From: Pelagibacteraceae bacterium AG-337-G04
GTDB taxonomy: Bacteria; Pseudomonadota; Alphaproteobacteria; Pelagibacterales; Pelagibacteraceae
Reading direction: 5' to 3'
DNA length: 64,000 nt
Assembly: GCA_003282205.1 (NCBI GenBank)
Contig: QBZW01000001.1
Location: 93,205 to 157,204 of the forward strand
The notes below the pieces were generated by a model. That model saw only the letters and a program-made list of their open reading frames with translations, did not search any database and was not told the DNA's origin. Below, one piece after another: positions 1 to 9,819 of this stretch. Position numbers and translations under genes: made by a program. Position 1 is the first letter of the stretch. Each line of letters begins with the position of its first letter.

Positions 1-67
1 AAGACTTATATCAATATTTCGATTTTTAAGTTTTTCCTTAAAGTTTTCGAAGTCATTTCTGATATCT

Positions 68-841
68 TTAATATTGTGCATTTTTTTCTGCTACTTTCTT
101 TTCAATTATTCCTACTGATATTATTGATAATTCATATAAAATTAATAAAGGTATACCTAAACCAATTTGTGTGATCGGATCTGGCGGCGTTAAAATAGCT
201 GCTGCAGCAAATATTATTACAACAACATATTTTCTTCTCTCTTTAAGAAATGTAGAATTCACAACTCCAATTCTAGCTAATAAACTTAATACTACTGGTA
301 ATTGAAAACTTAACCCAAATGCAAAAATAAGCTTCATTACCAATGATAAATACTCATTTACTTTAGCTTCTAATTGAATTGGTAAATTGGTGGCTGCACC
401 TAAGCTCTCAAAGGATAAAAAAAACTTTATAGCTAAAGGCATTATTAGATAATAAACCAACATTCCTCCAAGCAAGAATAGAATTGGAGTTACCACTAAG
501 TAAGGCATTATAGCTTTCTTTTCATGATTATACAGTCCAGGTGCTATAAATTTCCAAATTTGGATTAGTATAAATGGGCTTGTGATAAAAAAAGCAGCAA
601 AAAAAGAAACCTTTAAGTATGTTAGAAATGTTTCTTGAAGAGCAGTAAATATTAATCTTCTACTTGTATCGTCATTCTTTACTGCATTCGCATATGGTTC
701 AACTAAAAATCCATAAATGTACTCAGAAAAATAATAACAAATTACAAATAAAATAGCTAAAAATATAAATGAATTTATTAATCTTTTTCTTAATTCAGTT
801 AAATGACTTATGAAACTACCCTCTTTATTTTTACTCATCAT
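68..841 (-). CDS. tatC: Twin-arginine translocase subunit TatC
   Basis: SFISHLTELRKRL N-terminus, multiple TM helices, TPPDPITQ motif; follows tatA/tatB. Start may be the second ATG (838). Confidence 0.97.
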   Translation of the reverse strand: MMSKNKEGSFISHLTELRKRLINSFIFLAILFVICYYFSEYIYGFLVEPYANAVKNDDTSRRLIFTALQETFLTYLKVSFFAAFFITSPFILIQIWKFIAPGLYNHEKKAIMPYLVVTPILFLLGGMLVYYLIMPLAIKFFLSFESLGAATNLPIQLEAKVNEYLSLVMKLIFAFGLSFQLPVVLSLLARIGVVNSTFLKERRKYVVVIIFAAAAILTPPDPITQIGLGIPLLILYELSIISVGIIEKKVAEKNAQY

Positions 842-1064
842 TTTTTTTCTCTTGATTTTCTGACTTAGGTTTTTCGTCTAAATCAGTATTTAAAGTTTCA
901 TTTGTTAAATCACTAACTTGTCCTTGCACATCTCGAACATATCTCTTTGCTGTACCGATCCATGAACCGATTTTTTTTAACATGTAAGGAAAATCTTTAG
1001 GACCTACTACTATAATTGCTATTGAGACTATGATTAGTATTTCTAGCCAGCCAATTGACGGCAT
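831..1064 (-). CDS. tatB: Twin-arginine translocase subunit TatB
   Basis: MPSIGWLEILII...VVGPKDFP motif; between tatA and tatC. Confidence 0.93.
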   Translation of the reverse strand: MPSIGWLEILIIVSIAIIVVGPKDFPYMLKKIGSWIGTAKRYVRDVQGQVSDLTNETLNTDLDEKPKSENQEKKNDE

Positions 1065-1067
1065 TTG

Positions 1068-1265
1068 TTATTCTTTTTTATTAGAGTCTTGATTTTCTGA
1101 AATATTTTTCGTTTGGTCTTCATCATTAACATCTGTAGCCATTCCTTTTTTGAAACTTTTGATCCCTTTAGCTACATCACCCATTAGGCTAGAGATTTTT
1201 CCTCTACCAAAAAGTAATACTACTAAAATTACTACAATTGCTATTTGCCAAAATCCTATACTCAT
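1068..1265 (-). CDS. tatA: Twin-arginine translocase subunit TatA
   Basis: [24 protein letters not shown]...GIKSFKKG motif. Confidence 0.96.
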   Translation of the reverse strand: MSIGFWQIAIVVILVVLLFGRGKISSLMGDVAKGIKSFKKGMATDVNDEDQTKNISENQDSNKKE

Positions 1266-1308
1266 AAATTATTTATAACCTTATTATTGATTTATTAAAA
1301 GTGATTTT

Positions 1309-1998
1309 TTAAGTTTCGTCAGATTTAATGGTACTACTTAACATTTCATCAATATCAGAATAAATATTTTCCTTTTTATCAACTTGTTTTTCTTTAAAAA
1401 ATTTGCCTGTTCCAAATATTGAAGAGTCTACACTTGATGTATCAATTAGGCCTGCTGAACCTAATTCATTAACAGTTGGCAAATCAGATAATTTTTGTAG
1501 ATTAAAATGACTCAAAAATTCATCTGTAGTTCCATATTGTATTGGTTTGCCTGGAACATTTTTTCTACCTTCATGTTTAACCCAATTTAACTCCATTAGA
1601 ATTTCCAAGGTATTAGTTCCAAAAGCTACACCTCTTATCTCCTCAATTTCAGACCTTGTAACAGGTTGATGATAGACAATAATAGCAAGAGTTTCGATTG
1701 CAGCTCTAGATAATTTTTTTTCAACAGTTTTTTGTTCTGACATTAAAGAGGATAAATTAACTGCAGTTCTAAATGACCATTTATTAGATATGCAAATCAA
1801 ATTAATACCTCTATTTGAGTAAAAATCTCTTAACTTTTCCAGTGATTGCTGAATATCTGTTTGTTTAGATAATTTTGACTCTATTGTTTCAACTGAAAGA
1901 GGTTCAGCAGCAGCGAATACAATAGCCTCAATCTCTCTTTCTACATCGGTGAGTTTAGTTGGAAAACTTACAATATTATTTTTTTTAATTTTGTTCAT
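1309..1998 (-). CDS. scpB: SMC-Scp complex subunit ScpB
   Basis: IEAIVFAAAEPLS, LSRAAIETLAIIVYHQPVTRSEIEEIRGV and YGTTDEFL motifs. Confidence 0.96.
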   Translation of the reverse strand: MNKIKKNNIVSFPTKLTDVEREIEAIVFAAAEPLSVETIESKLSKQTDIQQSLEKLRDFYSNRGINLICISNKWSFRTAVNLSSLMSEQKTVEKKLSRAAIETLAIIVYHQPVTRSEIEEIRGVAFGTNTLEILMELNWVKHEGRKNVPGKPIQYGTTDEFLSHFNLQKLSDLPTVNELGSAGLIDTSSVDSSIFGTGKFFKEKQVDKKENIYSDIDEMLSSTIKSDET

Positions 1999-2732
1999 TA
2001 ATTTTCCTTAACATAGATATCATCGAATAATTCTTTTTGTTTTAAAGATATATTTCCTTCTTTTACCAATTCTAAAGAGCCAGCAAAAATTCCTGCTCTA
2101 CCTGTTCTTTTTAAATTAGGAGACTTGTTAAATCCAGAAGGAACCAACTCAGACAAATTTTTCCAATCATTGAGCGTGCCAAAGAACTCTTTTATTCTTT
2201 TAATAGCATCTTCAGTAGTAAAAACAGGAAGTTTAGGTATGTTCATAGTATGAAAATCTTTAGTCATGACTATCTCTGAGTATGCTTTTAATAATTCAAA
2301 TAATGTTAAAGAAACTTTTTTGTCGTATATCGACTTTACACCACTTTTAGAGCCACGCATAAAAACATCTCTACCTAATCTTTTTCTATCTAGCATTTGA
2401 GACGATAATAATCTAATTAATTCTAATTTTTTTAATTGTAATTTAAGTTTCTCAGCAACTTCAAAAGCTTTGAACTCCTCCTCATCGGTTTCAGGAAGTA
2501 ATAATTTTGATTTCAAATAAGTAAGCCAAGTTGCCAATAACAAATAATCAGAAGCTATTTCTAAATTTATATTTTCTTTTTCTGTTAGATATTGATGAAA
2601 TTGATCAGCAAGTTTTGTAATAGAAATTTCTTCTAAATCAACTTTTTGCGATTTAGCAAGATCGAGCAATATTTCAAGGGAACCACTGAAATTATTTAAA
2701 TTTACATTAAAATCTAAAGAATCATCGGACAT
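1998..2732 (-). CDS. scpA: Segregation and condensation protein ScpA (kleisin)
   Basis: FSGSLEILLDLAKSQKVDL and TWLTYLKSKLLLP motifs; coupled to scpB. Confidence 0.95.
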   Translation of the reverse strand: MSDDSLDFNVNLNNFSGSLEILLDLAKSQKVDLEEISITKLADQFHQYLTEKENINLEIASDYLLLATWLTYLKSKLLLPETDEEEFKAFEVAEKLKLQLKKLELIRLLSSQMLDRKRLGRDVFMRGSKSGVKSIYDKKVSLTLFELLKAYSEIVMTKDFHTMNIPKLPVFTTEDAIKRIKEFFGTLNDWKNLSELVPSGFNKSPNLKRTGRAGIFAGSLELVKEGNISLKQKELFDDIYVKEN

Positions 2733-2743
2733 TTTAAATTACT

Positions 2744-3697
2744 CTAACCTATAATTTTTATTAATTGTGATGTTTTTTTTGTTACGAATTTGTCTAATTT
2801 TGGTGAATTTTGTGCAACTGTAACCATTTCACTTAAATTTCCATTGCAATGTAAGGCTAAATTGCATCCGGCTAAAAAAGATTTTTTTACTCTAACATCA
2901 AGTTTATCTTTTAAAGCTTTCATTGAAAGATCGTCTGTTAAAATTAGATTTTTAAATTTTATTTTATTTCTTATTAAATTAATAATTTTTTTTGAATGGG
3001 TAACATTATTTTGTGGATCAATTTTATGAAATAGTAAATGGCCTGTCATTGCGATCAATGCTTTCTTATTTTTAAAAGTATAAAAATCATTTTTTACTAA
3101 ATAATCCTCATTTGTGGTTATTTTAGGAAGATTTTTATGACTGTCGACTTTAGCTAAACCATGCCCTGGTATGTGTTTCATCACTGTTGCAATACCGTTT
3201 TTATGAAAATGATTGATACAAATATTTCCCATTGTTGATACTATTTTTTTGTTACTTGAAAATGATCTGTCATCAACAATCTTATGAAAATTTTTTCTTT
3301 TAAGGTCTAGAACAGGAACAGTATTAATATTTATACCTAATAATTTTAATAGGTATGAAATTTGTTTAACATAGACATTATAAAATATATTAAATTTTTT
3401 TTTATCTTTATTAAATAATTTACCAAAATATTCTGCTGAAAAAATAGAATTATCAATAAATTTTCTTAATCTACTAACTCTACCACCCTCCTCATCTATC
3501 ATAATAGGATAATTTTTATTTTTAAAAATTTTTTTAATAGAATTTGTTAATTCTTGAGTTTGATTTATAGAATTTATATTTCTAGAAAATAAAATGATTC
3601 CCCATGGTTTATATTTTTTTAAAAAAATTATTTCCTTTTGGGAAAGATATTTACCTTTTATTCCACATATAAAAGATCTATGGGATTTATTTGTCAT
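2744..3697 (-). CDS. nagZ: Beta-N-acetylhexosaminidase (GH3)
   Basis: GIILFSRN, IDEEGGRV, KHIPGHG, DSH and TDDLSM motifs; conserved argS-nagZ-scpAB order. Confidence 0.93.
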   Translation of the reverse strand: MTNKSHRSFICGIKGKYLSQKEIIFLKKYKPWGIILFSRNINSINQTQELTNSIKKIFKNKNYPIMIDEEGGRVSRLRKFIDNSIFSAEYFGKLFNKDKKKFNIFYNVYVKQISYLLKLLGININTVPVLDLKRKNFHKIVDDRSFSSNKKIVSTMGNICINHFHKNGIATVMKHIPGHGLAKVDSHKNLPKITTNEDYLVKNDFYTFKNKKALIAMTGHLLFHKIDPQNNVTHSKKIINLIRNKIKFKNLILTDDLSMKALKDKLDVRVKKSFLAGCNLALHCNGNLSEMVTVAQNSPKLDKFVTKKTSQLIKIIG

Positions 3698-3950
3698 TAT
3701 AAAGAAGTTCCCAAAAAGAATATTTATTTTTTTTCTTATTATTTTTAAATTCTACATATTCAATAATATTTTCTGTATCATTTTCTAATAATATAAGATC
3801 TTTTTCTATATTATTAATTTTTTCATCAATTGAAGAAAGTGATCTGTAAGATTTCTTAATATTTTCGTCAGAAAAATAATATCTGGCAGTAAAAAAAATA
3901 AAGAAGAAAATTATAATAAGAAAAAAAAGATACTTTAGTTCTTTAATCAT
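3687..3950 (-). CDS. Small bitopic membrane protein (N-terminal TM plus predicted helical region) in the position usually held by the SPOR/FtsN gene
   Basis: 87 aa; hydrophobic residues 7-25; start overlaps the argS stop and stop overlaps the nagZ start, suggesting translational coupling. Confidence 0.75.
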   Translation of the reverse strand: MIKELKYLFFLIIIFFFIFFTARYYFSDENIKKSYRSLSSIDEKINNIEKDLILLENDTENIIEYVEFKNNKKKNKYSFWELLYNDK

Positions 3951-5680
3951 TACATTTTTTCAGGGGTGTCTACTCCCAAAATATTCATACCTGTTTTCAA
4001 AGTATTGGCTATAGATTTTAGGAAAACTAATTTTTCTATTTGAATTGTATTATCTTGATCTATAAATCTTTTAGAAACATCTTCCTTGCCCATATTCCAA
4101 TAAGAATGGAACTCAGAAGCTAAATCATATAGATAAACTGAAATTCTATGTGGTTCTAATTTTTCTGAAGAAACTTCAACACATTTAGGCCATTCACTAA
4201 TTTTTTTAAATAGCTTTATTTCTTCATTGCCAAAGTTAAAATCTGAATTCTTTATCTCAAGATTATTATTTATATCATTTTGGGTATTTCTAAACACAGA
4301 CGAAATTCTAGCATATGCATACTGAACATAATAAATTGGGTTTTCTTTCGATTTTTCTTTTACTTTGTCAAAATCAAAATCAATCTCTGCATCACTACTT
4401 CTGCTTAACATAATAAACCTTGTTGCATCCTTACCAACTTCATTAATAAGATCCTCTATAGTGATATAATCACCTTTTCTTTTAGACATTTTAAAAGGTT
4501 TTTTATCCTTAATGAGTTTTACTAACTGACTTACTTTACAAATTAATTTATTTTTTTCACCTGATAATGCCTCAACCACTGAAGTAATTCTTTTAATATA
4601 ACCAGCGTGATCAGCTCCAAGAATATTTATAAGAATATTAAAATTTCTTTTTAATTTTGTATTATGATAAGCAACATCACTTGCAAAGTATGTCCACGAT
4701 TTATCTTCTTTTTGTAGAGCCCTATCTTTATCATCACCAAAGTCTGTAGATTTAAACAATAATTGCTCTCTTTCTACCCAGTTTTCATTACTTTCTCCCT
4801 CAGGTGGTTTAATTTTTCCTTCATAAATATATTTTTTTTCTTTTAAATTTTTTATTACTTCATCAACTTCATTATTATTTATTACATCAGTTTCACTTGC
4901 AAAATTATCATGCTTTATACCGAGATTTTCTAAATTTATTTTTATTAATTTTAATGATTCTTGTATTGAAAGTTTTTTAAGTTTTTCTGAAACTGATTCA
5001 AAGTTTTTGAAATCTAAATCTTTATTTTTTGAAATTATTCTTTTTGCTATATCTATAAGATAGTCTCCAGGATATAATTCCTTATCTTCTATCGGAAAAG
5101 TTTCATCATAAAGAATTTCTTTTATTCTTAAATAAACTGATTTCGTAAAATGAGAGATTTGATTTCCATAATCATTAACATAATATTCTTTGGTAACTTT
5201 ATGACCGTTAAAGGATAAAAGATTAGATATTGCATCTCCAAGTATGGCACCTCTTGAATGGCCTACGTGTAAAGGTCCAGTCGGATTTGCAGATACAAAT
5301 TCTACTAAATAACTATTTTTTTTTCCACTAGTGCTACTTCCATATGATGAATTATTTATGACATCTAGTATAAAGCCATTCCAAAATTCATTTTTAAATT
5401 TTAGATTAATAAAACCTGGTTTTTCAATGCTAATTTCATCAATATTGTTTTCACTATCTTTTATTAGGTCAACTATCTGCTTAGCAAGTTCTAGCGGAGT
5501 TTTTTTATTAATTTTGGATAAAACCATTGCAACATTTGTGGAAATATCTCCAGTAAATTTTGCAGGTGGTATATCAACATTGATACCTGATAAGTTATCT
5601 GGCAACTCTAACAAATTATCTTTGTGGGCAGATTTAATAATTTTTTCTATCTTTAATAAATAATTTTCAAATATATTCAT
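3950..5680 (-). CDS. argS: Arginyl-tRNA synthetase
   Basis: VEFVSANPTGPLHVGHSRGA (HIGH-like), GADHAGY, KMSKRKG and YYVQYAYARI motifs. Confidence 0.98.
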   Translation of the reverse strand: MNIFENYLLKIEKIIKSAHKDNLLELPDNLSGINVDIPPAKFTGDISTNVAMVLSKINKKTPLELAKQIVDLIKDSENNIDEISIEKPGFINLKFKNEFWNGFILDVINNSSYGSSTSGKKNSYLVEFVSANPTGPLHVGHSRGAILGDAISNLLSFNGHKVTKEYYVNDYGNQISHFTKSVYLRIKEILYDETFPIEDKELYPGDYLIDIAKRIISKNKDLDFKNFESVSEKLKKLSIQESLKLIKINLENLGIKHDNFASETDVINNNEVDEVIKNLKEKKYIYEGKIKPPEGESNENWVEREQLLFKSTDFGDDKDRALQKEDKSWTYFASDVAYHNTKLKRNFNILINILGADHAGYIKRITSVVEALSGEKNKLICKVSQLVKLIKDKKPFKMSKRKGDYITIEDLINEVGKDATRFIMLSRSSDAEIDFDFDKVKEKSKENPIYYVQYAYARISSVFRNTQNDINNNLEIKNSDFNFGNEEIKLFKKISEWPKCVEVSSEKLEPHRISVYLYDLASEFHSYWNMGKEDVSKRFIDQDNTIQIEKLVFLKSIANTLKTGMNILGVDTPEKM

Positions 5681-6795
5681 TTGTATGACTTATATAGTTG
5701 TATTGCGTATCTGTCAGTCATTCCTGATATATAATCAGAAATTGCTCTGTATTTATTTTTATCTATAAATTTATTAACTATAAACTTTTTCGGTTTTTTT
5801 TCTATTATTTTAAATAAATTTTTTACTATTTTTTTTCCACGATTATTTTTTAATTGTACAGTCTTATTATTATACATATTTATTTTTAAAAAATTTTTAA
5901 TCTCTTTTTCTATTGATAAAAATTTACTAGAGAAATTAATTATTTTATCTTTATACATTTGAACGTCTCTTTTAGTATTGATCTTATTTTTCTTTAAATT
6001 TTTAATACTATTTTTAATTACATCTTGCACCATTAAATTTATCGAGTCTCTTATAATTTGATAAACTATTATATCTTTATTTGAACGATTAATTTTTGTT
6101 TTATAGGATTTATAAATTTGTTCAAAAAAATTAATTTCACATAATTGATTTAGAGAAAGCAATTTAGCCTTAATTCCATCTTGTATATCATGATTATTAT
6201 ATGCTATGTCATCAGATATAGCTGCAATCTGTGCCTCAAGAGAAGAATTGTTTTTAAAATTAATTTTTTGTTTAAATTTTTTGGCTCCAATTATTCTATT
6301 TATTTTATCAATATTACTTATTGGTCCGTTATGTTTTAAAAGGCCATCCAGTGTTTCAATTGTTAAATTTAAACCATTAAATTTTAAATATTTATTTTCT
6401 ATGAACATGACTATTCTTAAGGTTTGAAGATTATGATCAAAACCACCATGCATGGTCATTGATTCATTCAAGGCTTCTTCACCAGCATGCCCAAATGGAG
6501 TATGTCCCATATCATGGGCTAGACTTAGTGTTTCAACTAAATCATCATTTAAATTCAAATATCTAGATATTGATCTTGCAATTTGAGCAACTTCTAATGA
6601 ATGAGTTATTCTCGTTCTATAATGGTCACCTTCTGTATTAACAAAAACTTGGGTTTTGTGCTTTAATCTTCTAAATGATGCGGAATGAATAATTCTATCC
6701 CTATCTCTTTGAAATGGCGTTCTAAAGATGCTTTTTGGCTCAAAAACTAAACGACCTTGTGATTTAAAAAAACCTAATTTTGAGTAATTATTCAT
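5677..6795 (-). CDS. dgt: Deoxyguanosinetriphosphate triphosphohydrolase (HD family)
   Basis: FQRDRDRIIHSASFRRLKHKTQVF, RTRITHSLEVAQIAR, HDMGHTPFGHAGE and DYISGMTDRYA motifs. Confidence 0.95.
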   Translation of the reverse strand: MNNYSKLGFFKSQGRLVFEPKSIFRTPFQRDRDRIIHSASFRRLKHKTQVFVNTEGDHYRTRITHSLEVAQIARSISRYLNLNDDLVETLSLAHDMGHTPFGHAGEEALNESMTMHGGFDHNLQTLRIVMFIENKYLKFNGLNLTIETLDGLLKHNGPISNIDKINRIIGAKKFKQKINFKNNSSLEAQIAAISDDIAYNNHDIQDGIKAKLLSLNQLCEINFFEQIYKSYKTKINRSNKDIIVYQIIRDSINLMVQDVIKNSIKNLKKNKINTKRDVQMYKDKIINFSSKFLSIEKEIKNFLKINMYNNKTVQLKNNRGKKIVKNLFKIIEKKPKKFIVNKFIDKNKYRAISDYISGMTDRYAIQLYKSYK

Positions 6796-6845
6796 TCTTT
6801 AAAAATGACAAATATTAATTATATTAGTAATAACAGCGATAAATA

Positions 6846-7163
6846 ATGATTAAAGAAATTAAATTTACAGATAATGCGTTAAAACAAATCAATAACCTTT
6901 TATCAACGAAGGATGAAGGTTCTTTTTTTAGAATCGCTATCAAAGGTGGTGGATGCTCTGGATTTCAGTACGATTTCTCCTTTGATAAAACACCTCAAGA
7001 CGACGATTTAAGACAAGATAATATTTTAATCGATAAAACTTCAGCAGATCTATTGAAAGGATCAGAAGTTGATTTCGTAAAAGAATTAATCGGAGACCAA
7101 TTTAAAATAAATAACCCACAAAGCAAATCATCTTGTGGTTGTGGTGTTTCATTTTCTCTTTAA
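6846..7163 (+). CDS. erpA: A-type Fe-S carrier (HesB/IscA/ErpA family)
   Basis: GGGCSGFQY and CGCGVSF motifs; divergent from dgt and upstream of xth, as is typical in alphaproteobacteria. Confidence 0.9.
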   Translation: MIKEIKFTDNALKQINNLLSTKDEGSFFRIAIKGGGCSGFQYDFSFDKTPQDDDLRQDNILIDKTSADLLKGSEVDFVKELIGDQFKINNPQSKSSCGCGVSFSL

Positions 7164-7939
7164 TGATCATTAGCTCATGGAATGTAAATTCTATTAGAGC
7201 AAGAATACTTAATGTTCAGGAATACTTAAAAAAGTTCAATCCTGACATTGTATTAACTCAAGAGATAAAAACTAAAGAGGAAACTTATCCATTTGATGAT
7301 ATTAAAAAATTAAAATATGAAAGTTATGTATTTGGACAAAAAAGTTACAACGGTGTTGCTATACTTTCCAAAAAAAAATTAGATAAAATCGAAAAAGATA
7401 TATTTAAAGATAAAAACAAACAATCGAGAATAATTACAGCAGATGCAAAATATAAATCTAAAATTATTAAAATTATAAATATCTATACACCAAATGGTAA
7501 CCCGGTTGATACTGAAAAATATGATTACAAATTATATTGGCTAACCAGTTTAATAAAAAAACTTAAAACACTTTTAAAAAGTTATGATAATATAATTATC
7601 GCAGGTGACTTTAACATAATACCTTCTGCTGAAGATGTTCACGACCCCAAAGGATATGAAAATGACGCTCTTTTTAGAATTGAGATTAGGAAAAAATTAA
7701 GAGAAATATTTAATTTAGGATTTCACGATGCATTTAGATATATTTATCCAGATAAAGAGGAATATACTTTTTGGGATTACACAAGTGGCGCTTGGCAAAA
7801 AAATAATGGTATGAGGATTGATCACTTTTTAGTGACCAATAGTTTACTGAATAATATTAAGGATGTGAAAGTTAATAAATATCCAAGAGGTAGAGAAAAA
7901 CCATCTGATCATACACCGATTGAATTAGAATTAACTTAA
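7163..7939 (+). CDS. xth: Exodeoxyribonuclease III
   Basis: SWNVNSIR, QEIK, YNGVAI, GDFN, RIDH and SDH motifs. Likely start is the ATG at 7163 overlapping the erpA TAA, not 7133. Confidence 0.96.
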   Translation: MIISSWNVNSIRARILNVQEYLKKFNPDIVLTQEIKTKEETYPFDDIKKLKYESYVFGQKSYNGVAILSKKKLDKIEKDIFKDKNKQSRIITADAKYKSKIIKIINIYTPNGNPVDTEKYDYKLYWLTSLIKKLKTLLKSYDNIIIAGDFNIIPSAEDVHDPKGYENDALFRIEIRKKLREIFNLGFHDAFRYIYPDKEEYTFWDYTSGAWQKNNGMRIDHFLVTNSLLNNIKDVKVNKYPRGREKPSDHTPIELELT

Positions 7940-8929
7940 AGATTTAATTTTATTAACTAGATCCTCATTAATGTGTCTAGGTCCTTTATCTAATCTATTC
8001 TTATGTCTTCTTTCACCAGGAAGTCTGACATCACCCATTGCTTTCATTTTTTCAAAAAATTTTGAAGAATGATCATCCCAATTACTTTGTGATAATTTGT
8101 CTGGAGATATAGCTAAAATGAACTCTCCACCACTTGGAGGACCTCCGTCATTATTATCTTTCTCAGCTGTCTCATAACTAAAATTATCTCCTACTAAGGC
8201 TCCTGCAAGCAATTCGACCATCATTGCAATCCCTGAGCCTTTATAACCGCCGAAAGGCAATAAAACACCCCCATCTACAATTTCAGCAGGATCAGTTGTA
8301 TCTCTTCCCTCTTTTGTTAGTCCTGTTCCTAATGGAACTTTATGACCTTCTCTTTTGGCAACTTGAACTTCACCCATAGCCATTGATGCTGTTGCCATAT
8401 CATAAACGACTGGAGGTTTATTTTTTCTTGGCCAAGCAAATGATATTGGATTTGTTCCAAACAAAGGCTTAATTGCTCCAGCAGGCGCAACAGCCGGTTT
8501 ATATGATGTACATGCAAAAGCGACCAAACCCTGTTCTGCAATCATTTCAGTTTCAGGCCACATAGCTGCCATATGATGCGAATTTGTAATTGCTAAAATC
8601 GCAACACCACTTTCTTTAGCAAGTTTGATTAGTTCTGGAATACTTTTTTTTAAAACCACAGGAGCTAAGCAATTATTTCCGTTTGCTTTAATAACTGATG
8701 CTGATATTTTTTTTATATCAGGCTTGCCTTTACCATTAATTTTTCCACTTTTTAATCCTGCTACGTAAGCTGGAACTCTGAATAAACCATGCGATAAGGA
8801 TCCATCTTTCTCAGCTTTAGTAACTAAGTCTGCCATTATAGTTGCAGTTTCATCATCACAACCACTATTTAAAAAAGTATTTTTTGCTAGATTATAAATT
8901 TCATCTAACTCTAAAGATATATTGCTCAC
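7931..8929 (-). CDS. Ldh_2 (malate/L-lactate dehydrogenase-like) oxidoreductase, DpkA/ComC-like subgroup
   Basis: SHGLFR, SHHMAAMWPE, FGTNPISFAWP, DMATAS and GGYKGSG motifs; GTG start. Substrate cannot be assigned. Confidence 0.88.
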   Translation of the reverse strand: MSNISLELDEIYNLAKNTFLNSGCDDETATIMADLVTKAEKDGSLSHGLFRVPAYVAGLKSGKINGKGKPDIKKISASVIKANGNNCLAPVVLKKSIPELIKLAKESGVAILAITNSHHMAAMWPETEMIAEQGLVAFACTSYKPAVAPAGAIKPLFGTNPISFAWPRKNKPPVVYDMATASMAMGEVQVAKREGHKVPLGTGLTKEGRDTTDPAEIVDGGVLLPFGGYKGSGIAMMVELLAGALVGDNFSYETAEKDNNDGGPPSGGEFILAISPDKLSQSNWDDHSSKFFEKMKAMGDVRLPGERRHKNRLDKGPRHINEDLVNKIKSLS

Positions 8930-8972
8930 ACATCTATTAGATATTATTTAAGATTTATTTCAAATAGAATAT

Positions 8973-9707
8973 TTATTTATTTTTATCTTCCCACTCAAAA
9001 CGTGGAAACGAGTCAAAGATTTTAAAAATACCATTTGACCATTGATTACATACTTTTGAATACTCATCGTCAGTAAGATTTAAGCACTTTTGTGATGCAA
9101 TTTTATATTGGTCTTTTCTATAAACCGTAAAATCAATTGGTGGACCAACTGTTAAATCACTTTTTAATGTTGAGTCCATTGATATTAAAGCACATCTTGA
9201 TGCATCACCAACAGTGACTTCGGGTTTAATAACTCTATCTAAAATTGGTTTCCCGTATTTAACTTCGCCAATAACTAGATATGGCTTGCTATCGGCGGGT
9301 CTTATATAATTTCCTTGAGGGTAAACTAAATATAATTCCATTGGTTGCCCCTTAATCTGACCACCAATAACAAAAGTAGAACCCAGTAATACTGTGTCAG
9401 TGTTTATACCTTTAGGTGATGAATGTTCAATATTTAATGAGCCAATATATGAAGCAATCTGATCAAAATTTTCACAAGTATTTAAATTCATTATTCCAGA
9501 GGAATTCTTCAAATCATTTTGAATTGATTTATAAACTGCTTGAGAAGTTCCTAAATTACCTGAAGTAACAATAATAATTGTTCTATCCCCCACATCATAC
9601 GTGAACATTTTTGAATAAATATTTACGTTATCTAAACCAGCATTCGTTCTTGAGTCTGACGCAAAAACCAATCCGTCTTCTGCTTTGATGCCAATACAAT
9701 AAGTCAT
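8973..9707 (-). CDS. anbu: Proteasome-type Ntn hydrolase (Anbu family)
   Basis: M-TYCIG N-terminus exposes Thr1; Asp17 (ASDSRTNAG) and Lys32 positioned as in Anbu; YPQGN, IGEVKYGKPILDR and STLKSDLTVGPP motifs. Confidence 0.92.
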   Translation of the reverse strand: MTYCIGIKAEDGLVFASDSRTNAGLDNVNIYSKMFTYDVGDRTIIIVTSGNLGTSQAVYKSIQNDLKNSSGIMNLNTCENFDQIASYIGSLNIEHSSPKGINTDTVLLGSTFVIGGQIKGQPMELYLVYPQGNYIRPADSKPYLVIGEVKYGKPILDRVIKPEVTVGDASRCALISMDSTLKSDLTVGPPIDFTVYRKDQYKIASQKCLNLTDDEYSKVCNQWSNGIFKIFDSFPRFEWEDKNK

Positions 9708-9819
9708 TTGAATAATTTACTATTGAATTATAACATTAATTAATAATCTATTAAAAGCATAACTGCTATATCTATTATGCATTTGCTTATTCTATTCAAT
9801 TATTAAACATTATCTCGTT

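Noticed and set aside
9755-9790. GCA/TGC repeats as an NtrX or NtrC site
   Set aside because: Spacing fits neither GCA-N9-TGC nor the NtrC TGCAC-N7-GTGCA pattern; kept only as an unassigned symmetric element.
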